Both the position numbers and the translations under genes were made by a program. A stretch of DNA of 62,224 nt, the filler included, from Sphacelaria rigidula (lineage: Eukaryota): NCBI GenBank assembly GCA_964200075.2. It is 6 parts of 6 records of this genome, joined end to end, with 100 filler letters (N's around TTAATTAATTAA, not from the genome) between each part and the next. Parts side by side here need not be neighbours in the genome. Positions count along the whole stretch, not along the records: positions 1 to 10,290 come from CAXNAA020006779.1; positions 10,391 to 20,678 come from CAXNAA020006780.1; 4 more parts are not named here. The stretch is one strand, 5' to 3'. Below are positions 1-13,400 of the stretch, one piece after another. How positions within the stretch are numbered: position 1 is the first letter of the stretch; every line of letters starts with the position of its first letter. The notes below the pieces were generated by a model. The model searched no databases and was not told where the DNA came from. It was given only the letters and a program-made list of their open reading frames with translations.

Positions 1-1483
1 CTTGTCCCCTGGTCATCATCCAGGATCCTACACATGCTACATCTACTACGCCTTGGTGTATTTTGGCTACAGTTCACCCGACATTCGGTACTTTCCATGT
101 ATATTTTGCGATCGTTAGACGACGAATGGTGTTTTTCTCCAGAGTTTGTGCGCAAACACAATTGAGTAACCAAAAGGTGGAATCGGAAGTTGTTGGTCAT
201 GAGGGTCGAAAGTATGTTGACAGCAGTGAGCTGGTCGTGACTGCCTTCGACTGGTGATCGTTCTGTTTTCCGTTGCGTCTTGCCATCAGTGATGAATTGA
301 TACACAAAATGGCTGTACGGATTTCCTCTTGAACATGAGTGTTTGTATCGTACAATAACCTAGTGATGGGGAGCATGCTAGGGAGGTGTGAACTTTCGTC
401 ATTATCGGCTCCTCGTTGGTGACGAAAACAGCAAACTGTGATGCTTTATTGGACACGAGGTCCGCAAGAATGAAGGTGGGGAGGGTGGAGAACTGGTGTT
501 TCTGAGCAAGCTCCATTTTTCATCGCCGGTTTTCTGTTCTCGTCAATTTTGAATCAAACAATCGACTCTTTTGGCGTTGGCGCTAGATATGCGGTGGCAC
601 CACGTCTCAGAACCGTCACGTACGAGAGCACTGGGGGTGGGCGAGAACTGTAAACGGGACATAATATTTGATCTCATCGCTATTCGCGAAATACATGCCT
701 CAGCTGGAAACAGGCGAGTTTACCCGTTTCAGCTGCTCGATAACAGCGAATATTCACATGATTCTTCATTGCGAGCACGCTCTCACATGACCGTGCACGA
801 GCTAGATAAGACCAACATATTATCATCCCTGACCCGGACGGAAAAGCTGAACGCTCCTAAGACCATCTCTGAACCCGACGGAAATGGTGAAGGTTTACGC
901 GACCGCTGCTGGACCGGGCGGTAATCTCACCATGCGATCTTTGATATGGGCGGCGAGCGCGACATATATGTACATGTATATACATCGTGACAGTCGTCGG
1001 ACTAGGCATATATCTCACGTGGCTATCTTTGAACTGATTCAGGGAGGATGAAGTGAAAAAAAGCAGCAGCTTGCGTAAGTTTTGGTTTAATTTTCGCTAT
1101 GTGTGGGGCGAAAGCATATATTCCACGAACGCTTCGAAAGTGCGTAAAACGACCCGGTTATGCGTGAAACGTGTCAAACGCTTGCGAACACCCAGTGCAC
1201 GACGAGAGAACCGCGCTCGCCGCGCCCGTGCTTTGCGTGCTATCGTGGCATACCATGCTTTCATACGTCCGATAGTTTTGTTTTGTGAATTGGTGTCTAC
1301 CAATGAGTTTTTTGTACCACGACTACGAGCACGAGATGGTGAAGTTGTTACATTCCGAGAAGGAGCAGACTCGGGTATTGACGTCGGAAAGTCGAAATTG
1401 AAATCCTACCGGAGTCGTTCACACCGGCGATTGCTGCTCAGTATTTGGCCGGTTGTATAGTCTCTTCATCAGATGCTTTGAGC

Positions 1484-2462
1484 AGTTTGCGGCGGGCGGT
1501 TTGGCGGCAGCATGTGCATCTACCGTTAGCTTCCATGATGATGGCAGACGCAGAAACATTCCAAAGTCTTGTGGAGTAAAGATATGAACAGAGAGGACGG
1601 TGTCTATTGAACACAAATTGTCGACAAGTCAGAAAACTGTTTCATACGCCATGGTACCAATTTTGCTCTAACTCGTATCACCATTCATGGACGAATTATA
1701 CGGAACTGTCGGAGAAATGTTTTAACTGGAGAAGCGCACTCTTGCCTCATTCGATCGCCCGTAGAGGAACGCTCGCCCAACAACCCATACTGAACTTCTG
1801 CGTCGGATTTGAACACGATACAACCGTTCTTTCTCTCGTTCTGGATCACACCACTTGTACACTACTTTACCACGACTTCAAGGAAAGAGCTGGCTGTCGC
1901 CTTTCCCCATGTATTTGACTAGCGGACGTTGAGGAGACACGCACAAACCGTGACCGTGTGCACCCACCGTTTCTTACAGCCCGGTTAGTTACCCGCTTAC
2001 GAACCCGACAACGACCAACATGTGGAGGATGCAACTCCGTATCTTTTTCAGAAAACGTAGTTCTTGATTCTCGCTACAACCCACGTTTATCATGCTTCGA
2101 TACCCGAGCTGTCGATGCTTTCGACGGAAGTGTAATCGACGACTCGGAAGAAGTGGTGGGTTGTGCACGCACACAGGGTAACGGGTCGTGAGATGTACAG
2201 GCACAGCTAGCACGCTCGCTCAGGTGCGAAGGCGAAGGTCACAGCAAGTGGTCAACAACTGTTGATGACGTCGGGAAGGAGGAACAGTTGTTTGTGGGTG
2301 CATCGCTAAGCGCAAAGCAACGGTCAGGTGCTGATCACGTAAGAGCACAAAACCGTTTCCGCGTGTGCATGTAGGTATACTGCGTAGTGCAATACAGAAT
2401 GTTTTTTTCATTGGTTCGCATCCACCCCGCTGGCGCCGTGTATGCGAAGTGTCGGTGCCCAT
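1484..2462 (-). pseudogene. Decayed intronless ORF of unknown family (copy A; TE- or virus-like)
   Basis: Aligns by eye with 8645-9669 in the same orientation. Conserved minus-strand peptides LRDQxL..AxHPQ, SRRxxFRRKHR, SDAxxVxYGL and QExxSPxxxFLRQF differ mostly at synonymous third positions. Stops and frameshifts are present. Confidence 0.55.
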
Positions 2463-2669
2463 ATCATACCACTCGTACCACCAAGATTCACCAATTTGTG
2501 AGTCATTTCATTTTCGTCGGATGTAACATAACCGAATTATGTGTTCGGAGGCACATGCGAACGACAGCAACAGTGCTCGAAACCCAGTTTCGATGCCCAG
2601 TTTCGATGCGCGTGGTCGCTCCCCGCACCGTACGCTCGCGTCGTAAGTATTTGTCTTTTGTCACACTCT

Positions 2670-2737
2670 ATGTCCCTCCCCTTTCTCGGGACGAGTCCGT
2701 GGTGTCAAGGGATCGTCCCATCTCTCCCGATACGCGC
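2670..2737 (-). repeat. SINE family B, 3' fragment
   Basis: cccctttctcgggacgagtccgtggtgtcaagggatc..ccatctctccc matches the copies near 32925, 37310, 37605, 48362 and 56898. Confidence 0.75.
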
Positions 2738-5700
2738 TTCATGTAATTATATTCATATTTTGGATGAAAGGAGCACTTCGAAAAAATGCTTGAACGCGTT
2801 TCACAGACGGTAATAACATGAACAGGGCATGTAAGATGGTGCCGGTTTGGTGACTTCATGCGGGTTGTGTATGACCATTGGGACATCAGTGTCCTCGACG
2901 TTTTTTCCTTGGGTTGCCTGATCCTTACCCTTGGGCGCGAAATCCGCGGGAATCCTTGATTCTCAGCGGAGAATCCGACTCTATGGCTTTCAACATTTTC
3001 AACTAGTTTTTCTTGCTTGTACCGTCCTCCTCGACCTAGTTCACGGTAACTGCACGGTTGTTGAGGTTTGAGCGAGACAAGGGGAGGTTGTCGACGTCAC
3101 TCGCCGGGGTAAGAGATCACTCCTCGATGATGAAAACAGCGTGCACCTTCGAAAAGCTCGGACGACGTTTTCGCCACGACCAAGAGTGCATGCACTTTTA
3201 TCCACAATATATATTCAACAGAGTTCCAGAAACGCGCTCTCCTCCAAGTTTCACGTTTGTCAGGGTCATCATCCTCGGAGCATTTGCCGTATTTATCTCG
3301 GCGTTTCGATGTTCACATGTGTTTCGTGAGGTAAAAGTAGTCTTCGCAAGTATTACCGTCATGAAATATTCAGGCTGACAAAAGAAGCGTTTCCGATGCT
3401 CCATCGTGTGTTTTTCTGTGTAACTTGAAGTGATCGCATTACTGGTCGTGTCGAAAACGTCGCCCAAAATTTCCGAAAGAGCGCGCGCTTTCGATCATCG
3501 AAGGGTGATGGGTCATTGAGAGTGCATTCCAGCTGTAATTTGAAGGCGCCGCCTAGTTCTATTGACATTTATGGGTCCCTCAGTCATCAACGAGGATTGT
3601 AAGATACACACCATCATAGGCACACAACAGCAATCAGTCTCGTGGAAAATGTCGTCCACTGCATGAGGTTTATTCGAAGATCCCTTGTTTCGAGCTGTGG
3701 AAGGGACCGTGAGATAAGAGAGCGACTCATTGTTTGTGCACGAGATGGACTCATGAGTAGCACTGCGGCGACCAACAGCATAGTGCGCTACTTTTTCAAT
3801 ACGTCTGAAAAGCTACGGTCGGTCTTCGGAGCCGAACGAAGGGAGTTGTAGCCGTCTGTGGTTTTGTTGGTGGCGATGCGGATACCTGTACTTCCCTAAG
3901 TAATGGATCGAATCCCGCTGAAATAGACGTCATTTGCGTGTTGCACAGCAGGGACTAGGTCCAGAGCGAGGGCTTGTGCGCCGGGAACGTCATTGCCTGT
4001 TATGTGGTTGCGCAGGCATGATGTGAGACTACGAGTACTTTGCGATGGTTTATCTGTGCCCTGAAATAGGCTCCGATTGTTTACATGCCCAACTGCTCCG
4101 TCCCAGGCAGAAGACAAGCTCCTGCGTTGAACTGACCGACCATTCGACACGCAGCCGAAACGCGGCCAACTTCCATTTGAAATAATTAGTGTTACAAGTA
4201 ACATTTCCACCATCGCTAGCCTTGATCGGTAAGGGTGATCGTGACTGGGTGGCTGTCGAATTTTCACCACCGGTCCACGTTTTCTGCTCTGCAGTAGTGT
4301 TGAGCTGGGCATAAACGACTCCGTCGGTCATTGAATGAGGATCATTTATCAATGTGGCAGATATTTCCGTACTTCGGCAATACTTCGATGTACGTGTGGA
4401 CATTTTTGACGGAATGATAGCGCTGCGTGCTTTGCCGTGGTTTCCAAGGGGTGTCACATATCTTGGTTTCGGATGTACCTTCCTGTTTCGGACATCTCAA
4501 TTAATTTTATACACACACAGCGTAAACCCACGGTAAAAGGGGTATGAAAGAGGCATTTTCAAGCTGCCGCGTTATCTGCAGGAGTGATCCAACGTGCATG
4601 GGAAACTGGTGAGGGTGGTGAACCGATACTTTCGTGCACTTCCCCTCGACGGGCTAGTTCAGGATGAATACCCGAACATTATTCCCCACTAGATGCAGAA
4701 TGCAGAACTGGCCTGATCGAAACACATTTGTTATCATAGTGATCCCCCTACGAGCAAGTGACCCGTGTGGCATGTCCAGATGGTTTCTTGCATTTTGTCG
4801 TCGTCGGACTTCTCCACTGGTAATATGCACCAAAGACCCAAAAAATATCTCGATGGTTTCCCTTATGACTGTGGTGAGAAAGGTTCGACCATCCTCAAAC
4901 TTGGCAGTTTGCTGGACATAGGTGCTACGAGTCGGAAGCAAGGTTGTTAAAGAATATGTCGAAATTTATTCACTCCCTACCGAGTTCTGGGGGTCCCAGC
5001 GTGAAGACCCCCAGGAGCCTGTACAGATTGCCTCAAAGGGAGAATTCGCGTCTAAGTCGTCCCAAGGTAGTCGGATGAAAGGTTCGTTGGGTAACTAAAC
5101 ATACTGATCCCAAACGATTGATGCAAGCTTCAACGCACAGAGAAAAGATCGGTGGCATGTTATAATAAGGTAGTTAGGAAGATTCCGCGTATTCTCGTAC
5201 ACTTTGAACACACATGCGGGCAATGTCGAAGGCCGGGTTTTCGATTTAGATACTGAAAGTTTGCTCACAGGTGCTTTGGGATATCGAGAAAGTCTGAATA
5301 AATAGTGTATTCGATTTTTGCTTCCGCCAGATATCCGAGGTCAAAGGAAGCTATGTTCCCGGACCCCGGGTATCCGTTGATAATCTCGAAGGTCCCATTT
5401 ATACAGATTTTTTGGATATCCGAGAGCATCCGTGTGCAAAATTTCAAGGTCTAACCCGAAAAACAGGCTTGAAAAATCGCTGGAACGTAGAGTTTAGTCG
5501 TTCACCCTGAACCAGCCTATATAGTGCCATGTCTCTGGGCAACTCAAAATGTCAGGTTTTATCACTGCATTACTTCTTATTCCTGGCTCTGGGTCAAGTT
5601 GTCCCAAACTCCCTATAATGGGGTACACACTCGTGAGTCGAGTCCAGTGCAGCACTTTCAAGGTGAACAGATTTTGAAAGCTAGAACTCCTGCTCCACCC

Positions 5701-7427
5701 CCATCAAATCTGGGCTCGAGTACAATTTGCGGGTATGGTGCAGTTTTCGTATTTTTTGTCTCCTCTTTTTGCGTCGAGTCTTGACGGATTTGGAGGCATG
5801 ATACTAAATGAACACAACGATAAGGAACGCATGACTGGCACCGCTTCAAGCTGGGAGCTGCGGCGATCCAGCAATGCACGACTTGCTGCCTACCGTGGAG
5901 AAACAACACCATCCGAACATAAGATTTCACCTCTGCCATCTTTCTCGGCCAAAATGTGCCGAACCAACACTGAAAACTAGCTGCAACTGGGTGCCTGTAG
6001 GAGATAAAAATAACAATAGCAATCTCAACTGATGGAAATTGTTGGCATTTCGCAAAACACGAACGTTTCAATTAAAACAACTCTGATTTCAGGTGCGATA
6101 GATGCATGCTGAACTGTCCGATAGTTGGACAGGAGTCGCAAGCAAATGATTTTTCGAGACAGTGCCTGTGCTGGGTGCCGCCTTTACCCGTGCGGTTTGT
6201 ACGCCCCACTGCTTTCAAGACCCGAGGCAAACACAAGCTGTGGCATTCCCTTACCCCCCCGAACGCTGATTAAACCGCTTGGGGGCCGCGTCTTATCCTG
6301 CTGCTTGCCGTGTCATTGCAAATCATATCAATACGCCGAAGTACAGAGTAGTCTAAATCAGCAGGAGTTTCAATACGCGTCCTCGTTGTCCCCGCCGTGG
6401 GCTTCCGCCTGATGTCTTCGCATCGGTAGCGATATAGGGTTAAAACATTGTTGAAACCGTTATCAAAGCTTTTCACAGCGGAAACGGTGTGGAGGGCCGT
6501 AACTGGGTACTGGACCACGACGTTTTCGCGGATGTGTGTAGGCATGCAGCTCATCCGTACGGTGAACTAACTCTGTCTTCCCGAACTTTGATTAGAAACC
6601 GGCGAGAATCCCTCGTTTCCGGGGGTATGGCCAACCTTTTCATCTACAGCAGACGAATGTCGTCTATTATATTCAGTATTGGCATTTGAATTACTCTTGT
6701 GTTGTCTGATGCCTTCCCGCACTCTTCTTTCATAGGCATGCCTGTTATTAGTGACGAGGAAACGGGGCGGTCGTACACACCCTCCGCCAAGAAACAATAC
6801 TCCTGACTGAACGGATCACATGCGGTAAACTGTTCGACCGTCAGGGTTCATCTCCTGTTGAATCAACATTTCAACTAAACGAATGCGAGGGCGGGACCTA
6901 AGGGCGACGTACACAGCGCGTGAGCTAGTGCTTTATTAGGGTGCCAAATAGGAACAAGCGTGGCCTACTCTCCGTATCCTCCAGACCCAGCGTAGTTTTA
7001 GTTGTAATCGTACAACGGAGGGTTGGATTGTTTCCCTCGATGGTTTGCATTGAATTGAACGACATATGGGTCCAGATGCACTTGATGATATGTTTTGGTT
7101 CTGTATACGGAATGCAGGACTGCCGTGACTTGCGCTTCGTGAGTCTGGACGCGAGGCAAAGTGGATACATCGTGTGTTTACTTTTTTTACGATGTCCGTA
7201 GTGTGTAATGCTGCCTATGGGTGCGGCGGCTTCATTGTTCGCGGGCTGTGTTATTTTTGTCCCACATGGTTCGGTAAGTACATGTTTTTTTAGTAGGTGC
7301 ATGGGGTGCTGCTTTTGATTGAAGGGCTGTTCTAAATGCACCTTGGAAGCTCGTAAGTTCTGTCTTCACACGCAACATCTGCAGGTTCAAATCTTCATTT
7401 AGTGTAGGTGCGCTTTGTATCGTCCGC

Positions 7428-7663
7428 AGTATGTCGTGGGTACACAAAATTCGACTTGATGGTCGACGAGGGAAATGGACTGCTGAACCCCTCTCGCGAT
7501 AAAAAAATACAGGCAAGCACCGCAGAAGGAAGGTGGGGTATTGAAAACAAATGAAAATAAAAAGCTTCAGTGTTGACCTTCCCCCTGTGTCGTGCGCCCA
7601 CATACATCGAAAGGTGTACAGTAGACTGGCGTCCAGAATAGATGGGACGAGAACACACACACA
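7428..7663 (+). repeat. SINE family A, 5'-truncated copy with (AC)n tail
   Basis: High similarity to about 33155-33405 (gcaagcaccgcagaaggaaggtggggta, cccctctcgcgataaaaa). Ends in acacacacac. Confidence 0.8.
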
Positions 7664-7920
7664 GTAGCGTCTTTTGATGTCTAGCCCAGACCGTGCCATG
7701 CTCAACCGTGTGTCTCACTCGTGTGCCCTTCTCGGCAATGGTGTGGTGAATTCCAGCGCATGGCTGAGAGATACGTATATGCACAACGTATGTAGCGGCC
7801 ACGAACTCTGAGGTGAAGCAACCAGCGGCAATCCACAAGGCCTACAAGTTTTCCGTCCCGATTCGAAAATGTTTTTTTTAGTTACTCGTGTATCTGCGCC
7901 GCCCCCTTTGCTCGGCACAG

Positions 7921-7992
7921 GTGATATTCCCGGAGAGCTGGGACAGCTCACCGCTCTAAAGCGGCTGGACCTGACCAAAAACCGGCTGACAG
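7921..7992 (+). CDS. Single 72-nt leucine-rich-repeat exon (GDIPGELGQLTALKRLDLTKNRLT), ROCO/LRR-type
   Basis: CAG acceptor after a pyrimidine tract, GT donor at 7993, exactly 72 nt, phase 1-1. Matches the 24-aa LRR consensus GxIPxELGxLxxLxxLxLxxNxLT. Confidence 0.8.
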
Positions 7993-8644
7993 GTGAACTG
8001 TTTGAAACATCTCTTACAAGACTCATGGATGATAACCGAAAGCTAGCATGGTAGGGCTATTGTACTGTCGCGGAAGTCACTTTCCTTGCCTAGCGCGACG
8101 CCTTGTACGACGCGCCAGGCCAGACACGTTGTTTTACTGTGGGTATTGGTGTGGTACTGCTCGTGCTTGCTGTTGGGACCCGACGTAGTGCAGTGTAAAG
8201 GGTCCGCCGGGCTTCGTTCGCTCTGTACACCAGATTAGGCAGGGGTGTCTTCTCTTTCGTCCTTCTGCTGGGGTAAACCATGCCTCTGGCACCTTTGGAG
8301 CACTGGCCTCTCTGTCCTTCGACGCGCCTGCTTGTGTTATGTTTACCGACTGGAGGCGTACGGCGCGTCCTCACCGAACCCCACAGTATTTGAACACCAG
8401 CAAACGCTTTCGAAGTACTTCCAATACTTTTCATGTTCCAGATGAAGATAAAGGCGATATTTGATCAAACACGGAACCTGTTGTGTGTGACATCGTAGAT
8501 GTTGAAGTGGGAGTCGAAAACCATCAAAATCACACTTTGTGTTGTGATAAGTTACGTGCATGCTGTAGAGGTTGCTATGTGACGCGTTTATGGTTTCTTC
8601 CATGTGTATGTGCGCATTCTGTCCTTGACACAAAAAAATATCAG

Positions 8645-9669
8645 AGTTTGCGGCGGTCGGTTGGTGTGCAGTATGTACATATAATACTATTCGCCCAATG
8701 ACGATGACAGACGCAGAAACGCTGCGAAGAAGTCTTGTGAGATGGTGAAGGGGGGATAAAGTGCTCCTACTAAGCGCAAATGCTTGACCAGCCAAAACGA
8801 TAACATGGACCGAGAGATCAGTTGTCTCTAACTGGAGTCACCATACATCAACGTCTTGTTGTAAACTGCCGGAGAAAGGCAACAGCGGGAGAAACGTACT
8901 CTTGCCCAAGTGGACAATGAATGGTAAAGGGAGCGTCCGTCCACCAACCCATACTCTACCTTACCTGCGTCAGATTGGCACACGACAGCTGATCTAGTCT
9001 TTCATTATGGGCAATACTTTGTGCAGGCTGCGCTTCTACTGTTTGAAATTAGGAATTAGCTACGTCCGTACTCCATGCATTTGGTGAACGCCATTCCATG
9101 GGATATGCAAAAATCGAAAAATATAGCGCCCGCAGAGTCGCTCATTTCCCTGAATAGTTGCCAATTGCAAACTGGACAAAGACCTGCAAATGGAAGAAGC
9201 AACTCCGCATCTTTTCTTTTTCTTCGGGAAATATAATTTTGTGTGCGTCTACAACTCGCAACACCAATATATCGACACCCACGTTATCGGTGTTTCCGCC
9301 GGAATTGTGTTCGACGACTTGAAAGACCGGTCGACTTGCACCATTGGGCCGCGGGGCATGAGGTCCGGACGGGGCACATCGAGGGAGCATATCAACACAC
9401 CTCACACGCCTGGTGCAATGTGAACACGAACCTCACCAACGGAATCACCGGCTGTTAATTACGCATGCCAGTTTCTGTGGATGCACTGCCGAGCACATAA
9501 TAATGACTAGCTGTTGATCACGCAGCCAGAGAGGCATACCCGTTGTCTCGCGTATGCATGCAGGTGTACCATATGGTCTAATACACGATGGTGCTATTTG
9601 ATTGATGTGCAACCACCTTACTGGTGTCATGTGCAAATAGATGATTCGTGTGTGGATGTTTTGTACCAC
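8645..9669 (-). pseudogene. Decayed intronless ORF of unknown family (copy B)
   Basis: Homologous to 1484-2462, e.g. CIRPYGTPACIRETTGMPLWLRDQQLVIIMCSAVHPQ vs CIALRSIPTCTRGNGFVLLRDQHLTVALRLAMHPQ. Multiple stops and frameshifts. Confidence 0.55.
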
Positions 9670-10290
9670 GAAGAGTCATTGAAGTGCAGGGATGGGGTTT
9701 CATTTTGGGGTGTTTTGCAACAGCCAACTTATATAAGCGAACACCCGCTGTGAGATGCGCACAGCAATACTAAAAACATGAGTAGTATCGTCGAGGACGC
9801 TGAGGGTGAACGGTCTGCGGCGATCACCGACTCGCTCTCTACCGTAAGCATTGCGCTCGTGGCAAATATCTCAAAAAGGAACGCCCGAAAGCAGATTGTG
9901 CATGTTTGCGGCACTTCTTAGCACCAGGGCTTCCGAATCAGCACCCTAGTCCATACTCTGTATGCTCTCAGCCAAACGTAGATTCAGTAGTGGAGCTGTA
10001 CGATGGAAGGTGGAAGTCATTTCTGCATGTTGGAAATTATTCGCTGGCACGGCACTGTCTCACTGGAGAGTTCAGCAGAGGCTTCCACTGTAGCGGTAAA
10101 GCTACTTGCGAGGAGCAGTGTAGTAAAACCAAGACGGCGGAGTTCGGCGCTTTTGGCCTAAAATATCAAACAGTCTCTTTTGTAAGAGAGAGCTGTTGAA
10201 GCAAAAACTGGGTTGCTGGGGAGAGTGAGAAGCGATGGCGAGCGAGAGCGAGCCTCAACACTTTCCACTCTCTGGAGAAAAACTAATGCC

Positions 10291-10390
10291 NNNNNNNNNN
10301 NNNNNNNNNNNNNNNNNNNNNNNNNNNNNNNNNNTTAATTAATTAANNNNNNNNNNNNNNNNNNNNNNNNNNNNNNNNNNNNNNNNNNNN
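10291..10390. other. Artificial contig spacer (N44-TTAATTAATTAA-N44)
   Basis: 100-nt N run with a six-frame-stop linker. Confidence 0.98.
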
Positions 10391-10453
10391 GGATGTCTGA
10401 CACACTTATGAGCCTTTTTTTCGTGCAACCAAATACCCATCCCCTAACGTAGG

Positions 10454-13400
10454 ATGACTTTCATCATCTTGCTCGCCCAATATATATTGACCACCCGACG
10501 CGTGGACAAAGTGAGCGGGCAATATATATTACACACTCTTGTTGTACTGTCCAGGGTGTGCAACCTTTAAAATATAAATATACCCAACTGAAGGTCACCC
10601 TCGCGACAAATCTTGGCGCAGGACTGAGCGGCAACATACCGTTTCGAGCTGGCTTGAGCAGGACGCGATTTAACGCCGTTAGTCAGAAAGGCCGAATCCC
10701 AAAGACGGTGAGGATGTGTGCCGCGACAGACGAGGAAAACAGCGCAGCGGACCAGCCCCAAGTGTGGGCATCCTCTGTCTCTACAAAGAAGGAGCTTGCA
10801 CCCGCCATAAAGGAGGTATATGGGATCGTTGGTAAGAGCGAATCATGGGACTTCCTGCAGAATTTGATGTGCTTTCGTTTTCACCGCGGAGTGTGTTTAT
10901 TTACTGAGGTGCGACTGTTCGCCGCGACCTCCAAGGTTGGTCATCAAATGGCGGCGGAACCCAACCAGACGTCTTACTGCAAAGATCAGCAGCGTAGGGA
11001 CGGTGACACTCCACTCACATGGTCACAGCTTCATACGCGGTCGCCTGGCTGGCGATGATCACTCGTGATTGGCATGCAATAGTGTCGGATTCCTGTACGT
11101 TGCGTCTCCTCCCGTGAAAATATCTCATCCCCCCCCCTCCCCCCTCAGGTGACCACAGACGGCGAAACAGGATGTGGATAAGATATGTAAAAGGTTTTTG
11201 TGCAATGTATGGAAGGAACGTAATGCGCCGGAATGTTGAACGTGTCTCTATTAGGAGTAGGAACGGTGCTCCGTCTCGAAAGGGATGCGTGGGCAATGCT
11301 CAAACGACTAAGGCAAGCAACAAATGAGTACGCCCCCCTCCCACCAAAAAAGATGGTGAGACACCTATGAGGCAGTGTGTAAACCGTGGCTGTTTGTGGA
11401 AGTCGCGATGCCAGAAAATGAAGCAACTCATTGTAAGCTGTCATCCACATGCAGGATAATCAGTAGGCTTCGGGCCGACTAATCTTAGCAAGATGCAGCT
11501 CACTCTTCATGCGACTCACCGAACACATCACGGCGCTGCGCGCTTGGTGATTGAGTGCGAGCCTGGTCCAGTGAAAACCCGGCTTGCTCCGTCCCGGCTT
11601 TATAGGGATGCGAGGTCAATGGCCCTCTGATTGCGGTATTCAAGATCATGAGTACACCCCCCCCGCAAGTACCCGATCAAAATTGATGCCCGGGCCCGTG
11701 CACGTCTAGTTACTCTGAGGACTACTGTACAACCTCGGCAGTATTTGTCTGACGGACCATATGTCGAAACGAGCCACCGAAACGAGGCACGCCGCACAGT
11801 TTTGTCGAGGTCGACCCGATCCGGCTGATCTCGCTCCGCCACCTCCCCACGGCGCAACAGGCGGCAGAACGGGCGCTTGCTCAACTTCCTGAAGGCGCAT
11901 CGATCGACCTAGCATTAATACACGTTTCCAGCGTTTACGGAAACACGGAACGGCTAGAATTCGTAGTTCCCGAGTTGAGAAAGGCGGTGCCAGGTCTAGG
12001 CGCCGTGGTGGGATGCAGCTCCGCGGGGGCGGTGGGTATGAGGGGAAAGGGGCGTGCTGTAGAGGTGAGAGAAAATACGTGTGTGAGTACTCAATTGCTG
12101 TTGTTGCAGGGGGATGATCGCGCAAGGGTGTAAAGACGGCCGTGCAGATCATATCAATGGTGAAGATGCGATGCCTGTGAGCACCTGTGTCGAGATAGAC
12201 CTCTGTTGAAGTCGGATGCACCTAGATGTATAATTCGACCGCGTGTGGTAATCAACGCGCCTCAATAGATTCACTGTGCGTCGCGCGTGCTCTCGCCCGC
12301 ATTTTTTTTTTCAGGTAGAGAATAGAGTCTGCCTAGGGCTAACCTTGGCCACTTTACCGGGAGTTCGAGTACAGCCGTTCTACCTCAACGATATGGACGT
12401 GCCAGATCCATTGGACCCTCCGAGCGAATGGAAACGGGCCGTTAGGATGAGAGACTACGAGGAGCCTGCTGACGGGACGGGATGTGCGGAGGGCACGGGG
12501 GAACCTATTTTCTTGCTCTATGCAACACCTCAGTCGATCGATTCATTGCAGGATTACATCGCGGGTATGGATGTGGCATTCCCAAGGTCGGGGAAAATAG
12601 GAGCTATTGCGTCTACGGTGAGCAGGTGAGAGCTGGATGCTTCATCTGTGCTTTTGGATCCGGCATCGGTAGTCACTTCGACGTTCGGTTCAAGGGTGAA
12701 TATATGATTTTTTGCGGTGGAATATTGCACGATTCGGACGAATCATCGCCAGTTCGAATCACCAAATCCACGATTTTTCAGGCCTGATTGCTTAAAAAAG
12801 AGAAAAAAAGTTGGCCGCCGGTCAAAGGGGTCTCGACGCAATTTTTGCGCCATTCCACGTTCCCGGGCTGCGCGTACCTGGGTTTCAACGCTGAAAACAA
12901 AGTCTAAGGATTGATTCGTACGGTACGAACCAACTACACTATAATCAAGTAATTTCCAGACGAACCATGAATTCGTCCGACCCTTGGAGTGTTGTCTACA
13001 GTGGCAACGGATGCTTACATGGGCTTTGTGCACTGGGGCGTGTTCATGGCTGATGGATCAGGTGGCGGCGAGAGGCGACAATTTTTTTGTGTAGGACAAA
13101 ATACCTTGCTAGAATTGCTGCATGGATGTATAGCATAGAGCCGACACTCATTCACTACCGACCAACAAACGCTTGTCAAGACAAGCAACATATGGAAAAG
13201 ATTCTCCCGCTCCCGTGCCCTGGCTCCCGCCCTGCTGTCAACAACGCTAGTCTGACGAAGTCTTGCGTTTTCTTCGGGGAGAAGGGGACGAGCGGCACGA
13301 CCATGGAGGAAAGCTCCTTCTACAGGGAAGGGATGGTCGGCGTATCTTTGGCGGGCGATATCCGCATGCGGTCGTTCATTAGTCAAGGGGCGAGGCGTGT

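Noticed and set aside
2340-2385. LHAHA/LHAYA peptide suggesting a KDZ transposase
   Set aside because: Synonymous-site pattern favours a different frame (LRDQ), and no other KDZ motifs were found.
5270-5522. Possible transposon terminus with repeated gatatc(c)gag motifs
   Set aside because: No partner TIR or TSD on the contig, so it cannot be supported as a feature.
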